Below are positions 1 to 7,912 of a DNA stretch of 21,525 nucleotides, in pieces. A program made the translations under genes and the position numbers. Each line of letters begins with the position of its first letter. Within the stretch, counting starts at the first letter, position 1. Origin of the DNA: Conexivisphaerales archaeon (GTDB lineage Archaea > Thermoproteota > Nitrososphaeria > Conexivisphaerales > DTJL01); assembly GCA_049509455.1 (NCBI GenBank), contig JBEKZX010000024.1, positions 1-21,525 of the forward strand. Reading direction: 5' to 3'. Under the pieces are notes generated by a model. The model was not told where the DNA came from. It searched no databases and was given only the letters and a program-made list of their open reading frames with translations.

Positions 1-168
1 GTGCCCAAAGGCAGTCACTAAGCTGACGGCCATAAGCCTGGAGGTGCTCCACTTGGAAGTCTGAGCTAGCATGCAGAGGGTAACCCAATGGTCAGGCGCT
101 GACATGTGCAGCACGCCGACGAGAGCGGCTGCAGCTAGAAGCGGGAGCACTGCGACCAAGGCAACCAT
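1..168 (-). CDS. N-terminus of a putative Ni/Co transporter-like (NicO/UreH/RcnA-type) membrane protein, running off the left edge
   Basis: Not in the ORF track. Manual translation from ATG at 168 gives MVALVAVLPLLAAAALVGVLHMSAPDHWVTLCMLAQTSKWSTSRLMAVSLVTAFGH. The HxxxPDHW motif plus a downstream GH in hydrophobic helices is typical of this group. Confidence 0.7.
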   Translation of the reverse strand, partial: MVALVAVLPLLAAAALVGVLHMSAPDHWVTLCMLAQTSKWSTSRLMAVSLVTAFGH

Positions 169-243
169 CAGGGGAACAGGTTGATGCGAAACGGAGGACG
201 GTTGCCCAAGTACTTTGCTCTGCCAACGAAATGAGGTTCAGCT

Positions 244-270
244 CGTGGGCTTGGACCTGCGAATGGGCTG
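244..270 (+). repeat. Dispersed site copy 1 (exact core 247-262)
   Basis: cgtGGGCTTGGACCTGCGAatgggctg. Confidence 0.97.
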
Positions 271-346
271 CTCGTTCATCTTCACATTAATGAGAACAGT
301 AGGTTAACTGAGCGGGTGCGGGAGATCTAAATAACAGCCTCACGAT

Positions 347-1054
347 GTGTGTCTCCCAGGGGGATGCATCATGACCACCACCCGGCAGGCCGGCTTGTAC
401 GGTGAAATAGCACTCGTCCCGTTGATGTTCATTTTGATATTCCAAGTGATAGGTGCCCTTCTCGCCCCAAACGGCTTCTATTGGGGTAGGGACTCGCAGC
501 TGGCCGTCTGGTTCTACCTGTCCGGTGGCGGCAGGCTCAATCTCCTGGCGCTTCTCCTGATTCCGATCGCCCTTGTGACCGTAGTTTTCCTCTACCTTGC
601 CTTTAGGCGTCTTTCGGAGGCCGCATCGGAGAATGGGATTTGGAGTAACGCCCTGTGGGCTGTCGCCTTCCTGTTTCTGGCCGGGGTTGCTTCTCCATTG
701 CAGCTCTTCCACGCCAACACTAACATCGTCAACGGCGTCTTGGTCGCCTATGGTCCCACCTTCGATCCATTTCTGTTCACTGTCGGCCTCATCGAGACTT
801 GGGCTCTCCCAGTAGTTGCCACTGTTTTCATCTGGAGGAGCTTCAGTCTTGTCACCTCCAAGTTGAACGTCAGATGGTTCCGCCTGGCGGGCGGGCTTCA
901 GCTCGTCGCCGCCGTGGCCCCCATCGAAGCTCTAGGGTACGCCACGCTGGCACCGTATCCTCTTCTCTTCTACTCGGTTTCGACACTTCTATCATTCGTG
1001 GTGGTCGCGCTCCTCCTGATCGGCTTCAATGAAGTGCGCAATCTGAGAGTGTGA
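347..1054 (+). CDS. Multi-pass membrane protein of unknown function (true start may be ATG 371)
   Basis: 235-aa ORF with about 6 hydrophobic segments; sole gene between site copies at 247 and 1114. Confidence 0.8.
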   Translation: MCLPGGCIMTTTRQAGLYGEIALVPLMFILIFQVIGALLAPNGFYWGRDSQLAVWFYLSGGGRLNLLALLLIPIALVTVVFLYLAFRRLSEAASENGIWSNALWAVAFLFLAGVASPLQLFHANTNIVNGVLVAYGPTFDPFLFTVGLIETWALPVVATVFIWRSFSLVTSKLNVRWFRLAGGLQLVAAVAPIEALGYATLAPYPLLFYSVSTLLSFVVVALLLIGFNEVRNLRV

Positions 1055-1113
1055 TATCGTCACATCGATTATGACGGTGCGAAGCGCAACAAGCCCCGGG
1101 CGGGCCCCGCCCT

Positions 1114-1141
1114 AGGCTTGGAGCTGCGAATATGAGCTGAT
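1114..1141 (+). repeat. Dispersed site, near-exact copy (core 1114-1129, 14/16 match)
   Basis: aGGCTTGGAgCTGCGAatatgagctgat; carries the right arm as ATGAGCTGAT. Confidence 0.9.
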
Positions 1142-1319
1142 TGTGTCTCGATACCCATACGAGGGATTCGTGTGACCATGCGACCGAAGGCTCACGGGCT
1201 TGATAACTCCTGGACTAGTCGTCGTTGCCAACGACTTCACAGTCAGCCGGCAGCATGTAGGCAGCTGTAAGTGAAACCATGTGATTAAATTGGTGTGGTT
1301 GGGACGGTCCACACCTAGA

Positions 1320-1667
1320 TTGTAGGACGAACTCCTTATCGGGACAACTACTCTCAGTAGAGGCGGAAGAACGGCCGTTCCTAGTGAGGTAATGGAATTG
1401 TTGGACCTGAGATACTCACCTCACAAGAGGGAGAAACTGCTATGGACGCAGAAGGGGGATGAGATCGTCGTCACCAAAGGAACCCCCCAGTCGAGTTACC
1501 AGAAAACAATCCTAAGCAGAGGTGGAGGGGCGGCCGTTCCTAAGCACATTAGGAAAGCGTTGAAACTCGATTCTGCTCTCGACAGGCAAGAGAGGTTGAT
1601 TTGGATACGAAAAGGGGATGAAGTCATCGTTAGGAAGGGAACCCCTCCGTCTAGACCCACCGAATAG
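1320..1667 (+). pseudogene. Tandem AbrB/MazE/SpoVT-like swapped-hairpin DNA-binding protein with TAG at codon 2
   Basis: The frame upstream of ATG 1392 reads TTG-TAG-DELLIGTTTLSRGGRTAVPSEV. This matches the internal repeat KTILSRGGGAAVPKHI. EKLLWTQKGDEIVVTKGTP and ERLIWIRKGDEVIVRKGTP are also duplicated. Confidence 0.65.
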
Positions 1668-1714
1668 CTCAGATTGAAAGTAACCCAAAGCGACCAGCTG
1701 ACGCGAACGAGGAC

Positions 1715-1733
1715 ATGGGCTTGGACCTGCGAA
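1715..1733 (+). repeat. Dispersed site copy 2 (exact core 1717-1732)
   Basis: atGGGCTTGGACCTGCGAa; right arm not conserved. Confidence 0.97.
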
Positions 1734-1800
1734 AGCGGGATAAATGTGAGCAATCCAAATAAATCTATCTGACAACAACGCCGCTAACGAGGGCCACATT

Positions 1801-2724
1801 TTGATCGAAACCGAGAACCTCACGAGGAAGTTCGGTGACCTGACGGCCGTCGACAACGTGAGCCTTAAGGTGAACGAGGGAGAGGTCTTCGGATTCCTCG
1901 GACCCAACGGAGCTGGAAAGACGACCACCGTCAGAATGCTCTGCTGCCTGATATCAAAGACCAGCGGTGATGCAAGGGTTGCTGGCTATGATGTGGGCAA
2001 CGAGGCGGACGCACTAAAGATAAGGAAGCTCATCGGATTGATGCCTGACAACGTAGGTCTCTACGAAAGCCTCAGCGCCTATGACAACCTGGACTTCTAT
2101 GGGAAGCTCTACGACCGTACAGAACAGCAGAGAAAGGAGAGCATACAGCGCTTCCTTACGATGTTGGGACTTTGGGAGAGGAAGGACGTCGCAGTGGGCA
2201 CTTACTCGAAGGGGATGAAACAGAAACTGGGGATTGCGTGCGCCCTCATACACGACCCCCAGATACTCTTCATGGACGAGCCCACGGCGAACCTCGATCC
2301 AGAGTCTGCTAAGGTCGTCAGAGACTTCATTCTGGAGCTCAAGAAGGAAAAGAGGACCATCTTCCTGAACACGCACAATCTCGACGAAGCGCAGAGAATC
2401 TGCGACAAGATTGCAATCCTGAACACGAAGTTGATGGCGGTGGGCACTCCGGAGGAACTCGAGCGCTCGGTGAGCGCGAGGAAGACCGTGGTTCAGCTCC
2501 CGGAGGTGAACGAAGCGATTCTGAACGCACTGAGAAAATTGCCGTTCGGAAACATGGAGGTCGACGGTAACAAGCTGACGCTTGAAGTCAAAAATCCAGA
2601 AACGGACAATATCGCCATTGTCGACGCTATCTATCAAGCCGGCGGTCACGTCGAATCCGTTACGGTCGTCGGCTCAACCCTCGAGGACGCCTATCTGAAG
2701 CTCGTGAGGCGAGACAGCAAATGA
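1801..2724 (+). CDS. ABC transporter ATP-binding protein (ABC-2/DrrA-type exporter)
   Basis: Walker A GPNGAGKTT, signature YSKGMKQK, Walker B ILFMDE and H-loop LNTH. Confidence 0.95.
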   Translation: MIETENLTRKFGDLTAVDNVSLKVNEGEVFGFLGPNGAGKTTTVRMLCCLISKTSGDARVAGYDVGNEADALKIRKLIGLMPDNVGLYESLSAYDNLDFYGKLYDRTEQQRKESIQRFLTMLGLWERKDVAVGTYSKGMKQKLGIACALIHDPQILFMDEPTANLDPESAKVVRDFILELKKEKRTIFLNTHNLDEAQRICDKIAILNTKLMAVGTPEELERSVSARKTVVQLPEVNEAILNALRKLPFGNMEVDGNKLTLEVKNPETDNIAIVDAIYQAGGHVESVTVVGSTLEDAYLKLVRRDSK

Positions 2725-3467
2725 GACTCTCGAAATCCTGGATAATCGCGTCGAAGGATTTCAAGATATTCTTGAAGAAGAAGTACATAATCTTCTCAGT
2801 CTTTATCATCCCCCTAGCTGTCTCATTTCTCCTTCCGGTCGTGATCTACTATGTCGGGCAGGAAAATGGGGGGAGCGGGATTCCGGCTTCTGAACTCACA
2901 TATCTTCTGCCGGCGCTTACCTTCTTCTACCTCCTCCTAGCAGGCCTGATTCCGACCTCAATCGCCTCCTACAGCATAATCGGCGAAAAGGTCGAAAAGA
3001 GCCTTGAGCGCCTCCTAGCGACGCCCACGACCGATGGTGAAATCCTTCTCGGAAAGGGAATCTCATCGTTCCTGCCGCCCATGGGGGCCATCCTAGTAGG
3101 AGCTGCAATCTACATGGTTCTCATGGACCTGGTCACACATGGTCCATTGGGATACTACTTCTTCCCCAACTGGAACGCTGCTATCATCCTCTTTCTGACG
3201 GTCCCTCTCGCAACGATAATGAGCGTCGAATGGAACGTTATCGTCTCGTCAAGGGTGAGCGATGTGCGGGTCGCGGCGCAAATTGGGATTCTGCCGATTC
3301 TTCCCTTCGCAGCGGTCTACGTCGGTGGCGAACTAGACGTGATACAACTCGGCAGCACAAGCAACCTCCTCATCATAGCCGGCATTATTTTGGCGGTTGA
3401 CCTGCTGCTCCTTTACGTTGCCCGAGCTACGTTCCGCAGAGAGGAGATACTCTCGAAGTGGAAATGA
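2721..3467 (+). CDS. ABC-2 type transporter permease
   Basis: ATGA overlap with the ATPase gene; SIIGEKVEKSLERLLATP motif; about 6 TM segments. Confidence 0.92.
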   Translation: MRLSKSWIIASKDFKIFLKKKYIIFSVFIIPLAVSFLLPVVIYYVGQENGGSGIPASELTYLLPALTFFYLLLAGLIPTSIASYSIIGEKVEKSLERLLATPTTDGEILLGKGISSFLPPMGAILVGAAIYMVLMDLVTHGPLGYYFFPNWNAAIILFLTVPLATIMSVEWNVIVSSRVSDVRVAAQIGILPILPFAAVYVGGELDVIQLGSTSNLLIIAGIILAVDLLLLYVARATFRREEILSKWK

Positions 3468-3519
3468 ACGAAAGCTGTGACCGTCGTTCTCAGGACCTGC
3501 GAGCGTAAATCCGAGGGAT

Positions 3520-3548
3520 CGTGGGCTTGGACCTGCGAACGAGCTGAC
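3520..3548 (+). repeat. Dispersed site copy 3 (exact core 3523-3538)
   Basis: cgtGGGCTTGGACCTGCGAacgagctgac; a half copy GGACCTGCGA lies at 3493-3502. Confidence 0.97.
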
Positions 3549-3567
3549 TGGCTCATCTCATAGCCGC

Positions 3568-3804
3568 CTATAAAGTGGGTTTTCTGATGGCTTTTCTGGC
3601 AATTAGAAGAGAACAGGCGTCGTGCGACGAGCAATACTTCTCGCATTGGCTTGCAGTCTCCAAGTCCGAATACCCTAGACCGCAGATGCCGCAATAATAC
3701 ACTGCGATGCCTTCTTCTAACCTTGATTCGACCGTCTCGCCCGCACCCTTCAGTATCGTCCTATGTCGCCTTCTTATGGATGATGGGGTACTCATGAGAG
3801 CCAC
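3568..3804 (-). CDS. Small Cys/His-rich, probably Zn-binding protein
   Basis: YCGICGLGY...QCEKYCSSHDACS pattern; start codon uncertain. Confidence 0.65.
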   Translation of the reverse strand: MALMSTPSSIRRRHRTILKGAGETVESRLEEGIAVYYCGICGLGYSDLETASQCEKYCSSHDACSLLIARKAIRKPTL

Positions 3805-3860
3805 CTCTAGGGCATCGTCTTAGGCTTGGACATTTCATTTTGGATACCTGTCGCTGTTAG

Positions 3861-3887
3861 AAAAAAAATCCTCGGTCTGACCGAGGA
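3861..3887 (-). terminator. Hairpin plus T8 terminator-like element downstream of 3971..4711
   Basis: Perfect palindrome TCCTCGGTC-T-GACCGAGGA (3869-3887) next to A8 (3861-3868), i.e. hairpin then U8 on the minus strand. Confidence 0.6.
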
Positions 3888-3970
3888 CTACGACTCTCGC
3901 TTAATCATCTTTGACATATTGAAATCAACCTACAGTCAGTAGGTGGGCGTAATGGCCTCGGCCTTCATGG

Positions 3971-4711
3971 TTAGAGCTGAATGTAAGCATAGCTTAACCC
4001 GCTCAGCCCCACGATGGAGACATCATACACGCCGAACAGACACGGTGGTCGCACGAAGATAACGGAGGAATAGTTGATTTGCGTCAACGATAGGCCGACC
4101 GCAAAAGGAATCCAAGTGCACGCCATGGGGACGGCCAAGAGATAGTCGCCCTTGGAGGCGGCTGCCGAGTTAAAGGTGAAGACGAACGTGGTCGTCTGGG
4201 TCAGGTTCCCCTCTATCACGTCGGGCATTGCGGTGACGCTGACGTCCGGAGTCTGGTCGAAGGTCATGGTGCCCCCCCATGTACCGGTCTGGATGTCCCA
4301 AAGGCCCACGGAAGGGTCGAGCGTGCCATTCAACATGTAACCCTGCACCGACGGTGAGTAGGCGAACGTGATACTGGCCACTGAATTCGCCTGCATCAAC
4401 AATACTAGCGACCCTGAGGTGCCGTTGGCTGTTGACCCAGTCAAGGGAAGTCCCGACGGGAACTCCAGAGGAGTGGATGTGCTCGTGGAGCTTGTGGGTG
4501 GCGGTGTGTTTGTGGAGGTCGATATGCTCGTGGATGTACTTGTGGATGGGAGCGTGCACGTGGAGACTGTGGATGGAGGCGTGCTTGTGAGTGGAGATTT
4601 GCTCGTGGGTGGAGCTATGCGTGGGAAGGACATGTAAACGGCCCCACCGACGGCCAGGACCAGGACGGCTGCGACCACTGTCACAAGCGCCGTGCTCACC
4701 CCTCTTCTCAA
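3971..4711 (-). CDS. Membrane-anchored/secreted protein with Ser/Thr/Pro-rich linker
   Basis: N-terminus MRRGVSTALVTVVAAVLVLAV resembles a class III signal peptide; STTP-rich stalk; beta-rich C-terminal domain. Confidence 0.8.
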   Translation of the reverse strand: MRRGVSTALVTVVAAVLVLAVGGAVYMSFPRIAPPTSKSPLTSTPPSTVSTCTLPSTSTSTSISTSTNTPPPTSSTSTSTPLEFPSGLPLTGSTANGTSGSLVLLMQANSVASITFAYSPSVQGYMLNGTLDPSVGLWDIQTGTWGGTMTFDQTPDVSVTAMPDVIEGNLTQTTTFVFTFNSAAASKGDYLLAVPMACTWIPFAVGLSLTQINYSSVIFVRPPCLFGVYDVSIVGLSGLSYAYIQL

Positions 4712-4821
4712 ACCATCTCTATGGGAAGATAATCCCCGATAACTCTTAAACCTAACCCTTGGGCGATTCCGTTAACTCATCTGCACGAGGCGAATTTGAG
4801 AGTGAGCCCCAAACGTCAGGA

Positions 4822-4827
4822 TTATAC
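4822..4827 (+). promoter_or_regulatory. TATA-like box for 4851
   Basis: TTATAC 24-29 bp upstream of GTG 4851. Confidence 0.45.
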
Positions 4828-4850
4828 GCCAGCATTCTCTCATCGCTGGT

Positions 4851-5291
4851 GTGTCACAGCGACGGCCCGCACTCAGCGCACGAAGGATTGCTCTAGTCCT
4901 GATTGTTGCGGCCATGGCCGTTGCGGGGGTCTATGCAGTGACCTCTCGGAAACCCGTCGTCGCTTACCACGATATCTCCGTAAGCGGACTTTCCCTCTGT
5001 GTGAGCGATTGTGGTGTCTACCCTGCGCCTATGGCTGAGGGAATAGTCAACGTCAATTCGACTGCGCCCTTGTCAACTCTCGGGGTATATGTCAACAATA
5101 CGTTCAACGGCTTCATGATTCAGAATCCTGCCACATATAGGACGACGGGGGCTGTCGGATACATGTATAAGGAGGGCCATTTTCCCAGCTCGATTCCCGT
5201 TGTTCCTGGGGACACATACGTATTCACCTTCACCGCTACGTTTCAAGATGGAAGCAAGGCGACGGTCAATGAAACTGTAGTCGCAAACTAA
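4851..5291 (+). CDS. Secreted/membrane-anchored beta-sandwich-like protein
   Basis: Basic N-terminus plus hydrophobic helix; C-terminal VPGDTYVFTFTATFQDGSKATV strand pattern. Confidence 0.8.
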   Translation: MSQRRPALSARRIALVLIVAAMAVAGVYAVTSRKPVVAYHDISVSGLSLCVSDCGVYPAPMAEGIVNVNSTAPLSTLGVYVNNTFNGFMIQNPATYRTTGAVGYMYKEGHFPSSIPVVPGDTYVFTFTATFQDGSKATVNETVVAN

Positions 5292-5397
5292 TCCCGCAAC
5301 ACATTCCAAAAAGGTTCTGGGAAGTCCATGGTTGGCGACTCCCCCCGTGAAAAATCGGTTGATGGCAGACTCAAAAACGCTGGTAGGGTCGTTGGAT

Positions 5398-5628
5398 TTA
5401 CGGTGGAGCCGTTAGAAACTGGTAGGATGAGCCACGGATTACGCCTCCAATGTTGGTAAGGAAGAACGTAGTGGAGACTGTGTAGTTGAGTGAAGACTCA
5501 TAGCACCCGCCTGGCCCAATCGTATAGCATATTGTAAGCGGATACTCCTTAGGAATTAAGGGAACGAAGAAGGCGAACAAGACGAGGGCCACTGCGACAG
5601 CCGTAATCGCGAGGTAAGCCCTTCTCAA
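5398..5628 (-). CDS. Small membrane-anchored protein
   Basis: MRRAYLAITAVAVALVLFAFF signal/anchor; TTAAAA about 30 bp upstream on the minus strand. Confidence 0.65.
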   Translation of the reverse strand: MRRAYLAITAVAVALVLFAFFVPLIPKEYPLTICYTIGPGGCYESSLNYTVSTTFFLTNIGGVIRGSSYQFLTAPP

Positions 5629-5675
5629 GCCAAGTATAAGTTGGTCGCACTCCCTTTTAATTCATACTCTTAGGG

Positions 5676-5706
5676 CGTGGGCTTGGACCTGCGAGAATGG
5701 GCCGAC
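5676..5706 (+). repeat. Dispersed site copy 4 (exact core 5679-5694)
   Basis: cgtGGGCTTGGACCTGCGAgaatgggccgac; followed by hairpin CTGGGG/CCCCAG at 5709-5726. Confidence 0.97.
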
Positions 5707-5854
5707 GGCTGGGGGCCCGGCCCCAGATCGGTCTTAAAAGCGGATTGCGAGCCTGATGCAGACTCGGTAGGATCGCGAAATGAGAAACGGTGTTCCGACA
5801 GCTAAGAGTCGGACGCTGTGGGGCCGATTGTGGGTCTCTGTGAGAGGTAGTTGC

Positions 5855-6262
5855 TCAGGAGTGGGACGGCGGCGGCATCATGCTAGCCAGCATTTGGCTC
5901 AGGTCGGGGGTGGAGATGGGGTCATCTTCCACGATCTTCCCCCTGGCGAGACGGTAGTAGGTGATCATTCGGGCGGAGACCTTCTTCCCGCCGATGGTGG
6001 CGTTCATGGTGCCCCGGAATACGACCGCATTGCCTTCGGCCAGCAGGTTCTCGGTCTTGAATTCGCGTACGGGCACGGCCGCCTTCAGCCCGGAGAGCAC
6101 GCCCTTGAAGGCGGCACGGTTGGACGCCCCGTAGGAGCGGTTCACATAGTTAGGCGCGAGCAGCTCGTCGACCGCGTCGACGTTGCCGGCCACCAAGACC
6201 TCTTTGATGAAACGACGGACGACAGCTTTGTTTTTCACGACTGACATGAAGTATTCTCGCAA
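5855..6262 (-). CDS. SnoaL-like ester cyclase / NTF2-fold protein (likely start ATG 6247)
   Basis: NKAVVRRFIKEV...GNVDAVDELLAPNYV...LLAEGNAVVFR...YRLARGKIVE, the typical SnoaL pattern. Confidence 0.85.
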   Translation of the reverse strand: MREYFMSVVKNKAVVRRFIKEVLVAGNVDAVDELLAPNYVNRSYGASNRAAFKGVLSGLKAAVPVREFKTENLLAEGNAVVFRGTMNATIGGKKVSARMITYYRLARGKIVEDDPISTPDLSQMLASMMPPPSHS

Positions 6263-6362
6263 TGACCGTCAACTTGGTGGATATAAGCCTCCTGTCGAAA
6301 TCAACCGAAGGCGAACGTAGACTTGGAGAAGTGCCCAGCCTCCCGGGCCCTCCCCGCTGACT

Positions 6363-6665
6363 TCAGGCAATCGCTGGTGGGAGAGGTTCGCCATTGCGTG
6401 GGCTTGGACCTGCGAAGGACTCGACTTTCCTCTGACGCCCTTTCGTCAGCTCTTCCAGCTTATGCTGCAGATCCTCCACCTTGAGGAAGGCCGGGTCATA
6501 CCAAACATGAATCCTATGGGTGAAACTATTCACATGGGCGCCTAGGACTCCGCCGACGGCCAGCATCTCCTCCTCCAGTGACCGGACCCCCGGTGTGCCT
6601 TCTTCCGTCTCGAGCCTGAGTATCGCCTTAGCCTTCCCATTTGTGTCCCCTGTCGCCATTCCCAT
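6363..6665 (-). CDS. HMA-fold (heavy-metal-associated-like) protein lacking CxxC, reading through site copy 5
   Basis: SLEEEMLAVGGVLGAHVNSFTHRIHVWYDP fits the HMA beta-alpha-beta-beta pattern; FAGPSP near the C-terminus is encoded by the repeat. Confidence 0.7.
   Translation of the reverse strand: MGMATGDTNGKAKAILRLETEEGTPGVRSLEEEMLAVGGVLGAHVNSFTHRIHVWYDPAFLKVEDLQHKLEELTKGRQRKVESFAGPSPRNGEPLPPAIA
6397..6418 (+). repeat. Dispersed site copy 5 (exact core 6400-6415)
   Basis: cgtGGGCTTGGACCTGCGAagg. Confidence 0.97.
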
Positions 6666-6754
6666 CGCATCCGGGCTGTCACCGGATACTTAGAGGGGAG
6701 GTATCGAATGTAGCAAACTGCAATTCTTCACTTGTTCATCACTTCCAAGATAGG

Positions 6755-6760
6755 TATATA
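6755..6760 (+). promoter_or_regulatory. TATA box for 6788
   Basis: TATATA 28-33 bp upstream of TTG 6788. Confidence 0.55.
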
Positions 6761-6787
6761 TCTTGACGAATGTAGATTAGAATTGAA

Positions 6788-7375
6788 TTGACGGGAAGCG
6801 AATCCGAAAGAAGAGCAAGAACTGTGACCAGATCCTTCAGGATAAGCGAGGACGCATTCAACGCCCTTGTTGAGGATGCGGCGAAGGAGAAGGTCAGCGT
6901 CAACACACTGGTCAACCAGCTCTTCCTCGGATACTCTGAATTCGATAGGTTCTTCAGGGGGGTCGGAATGATCAAGGCCTCCCCAATCACAATTGGCCGC
7001 CTCCTTGCTGCGGCGTCGGACGAAGAGGCGGCCAAGATCGGTTCAGAGGATGGGTCCGACATCCCCGAGACCATAATGATGGCAAAGGAAGGGCAGATTA
7101 CTCTGCCCGGGGTAATAAGGTACCTGGACACGATGGCGGATTACTCTGGTGTGTTCGAGAATAACGTGGTGATCTCTGGCGGCAGGACCACGATCACGCT
7201 CATGCACAGATTCGGCATGAAGGGTTCTCTCTTCCTGAAGGGCTTCGTGACCGCCCTCCTCAAGTCTGTGAACGTCAGCCCCACCATAGTGATGGCTGAA
7301 CACTCCGTTACAATCGAGCTGCCGTCGGACGGACGGGCGATGTCCTGGGCCGCAAGGGAAGACACGGCCCCCTAA
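6788..7375 (+). CDS. Putative regulator with N-terminal ribbon-helix-helix-like domain
   Basis: TVTRSFRISEDAFNALVEDAAKEKVSVNTLVNQLF has the strand-helix-helix pattern of CopG/Arc-type proteins. Confidence 0.7.
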   Translation: MTGSESERRARTVTRSFRISEDAFNALVEDAAKEKVSVNTLVNQLFLGYSEFDRFFRGVGMIKASPITIGRLLAAASDEEAAKIGSEDGSDIPETIMMAKEGQITLPGVIRYLDTMADYSGVFENNVVISGGRTTITLMHRFGMKGSLFLKGFVTALLKSVNVSPTIVMAEHSVTIELPSDGRAMSWAAREDTAP

Positions 7376-7419
7376 ACGGCCTGAGCGATCGTCGAAACGA
7401 GGGCATCGTCGCGGGACAA

Positions 7420-7816
7420 GGCTTAAGGTGAATTCCCCTTTCTATGACGTGGGCCAAGGCATGGAGATCTACGCGTGCGCCGTCCTCCAGACCGGCCGAA
7501 CCGAACCCAGAATCGCCTCAGCCATCTTATCATCCTACGCAGCGTTATGCAACCTTTGAAGCGTGTTTGCTGATATCTTCACCAGACCTAGTCTCAAGAA
7601 GAATCGGTCGAAGCTCGCGAACGAGAGGATCTGTTGGTTCAGAAACGTGTTGACGCTGACGTTCCTCCGAGTTGCCTCTTCCTTCGACGCCGCCAGCGCC
7701 GCTCCGTCTATCCTGGAGGAGCGGGTCACCATCTTTCCATGCTCCCCAAAGACGATGAGCGAGTGGCACTCCGGACATATGACCGTGCTCGGCACCGGTC
7801 TTCTGTACAGTCCCAT
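7420..7816 (-). pseudogene. Decayed inverted paralog of 6788..7375
   Basis: MVTRSSRIDGAALAASKEEATRRNVSVNTFLNQQILSFASFDRFF aligns with the intact gene. TAG (7535-7537) falls at the Ser of AAASDEE. Removing 20 nt (7497-7516) restores DDKMAEAGLEDG, matching SDEEAAKIGSEDG. The left end of the feature is approximate. Confidence 0.75.
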
Positions 7817-7912
7817 GTGGTTCTTTTAGGTTGCAGACGGTTCACACTAGTCACAACGAATACGCCCTGTTCAAGTAGGCTCATCCGGCCAACGAAGGTG
7901 AGGTAACACGGT

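Noticed and set aside
244-262. Motif as a tRNA fragment (anticodon-arm or T-arm-like att site)
   Set aside because: GTGGG-CTTGGA-CCTGC resembles an anticodon stem-loop, but the loop is 6 nt rather than 7, and no T-arm (GTTCRA) or acceptor stem follows in any copy. The reverse strand does not form a T-arm either.
1112-1312. Possible toxin partner ORF beside the AbrB-like gene
   Set aside because: The 66-aa product has no PIN, MazF or RelE features, and other frames are interrupted.
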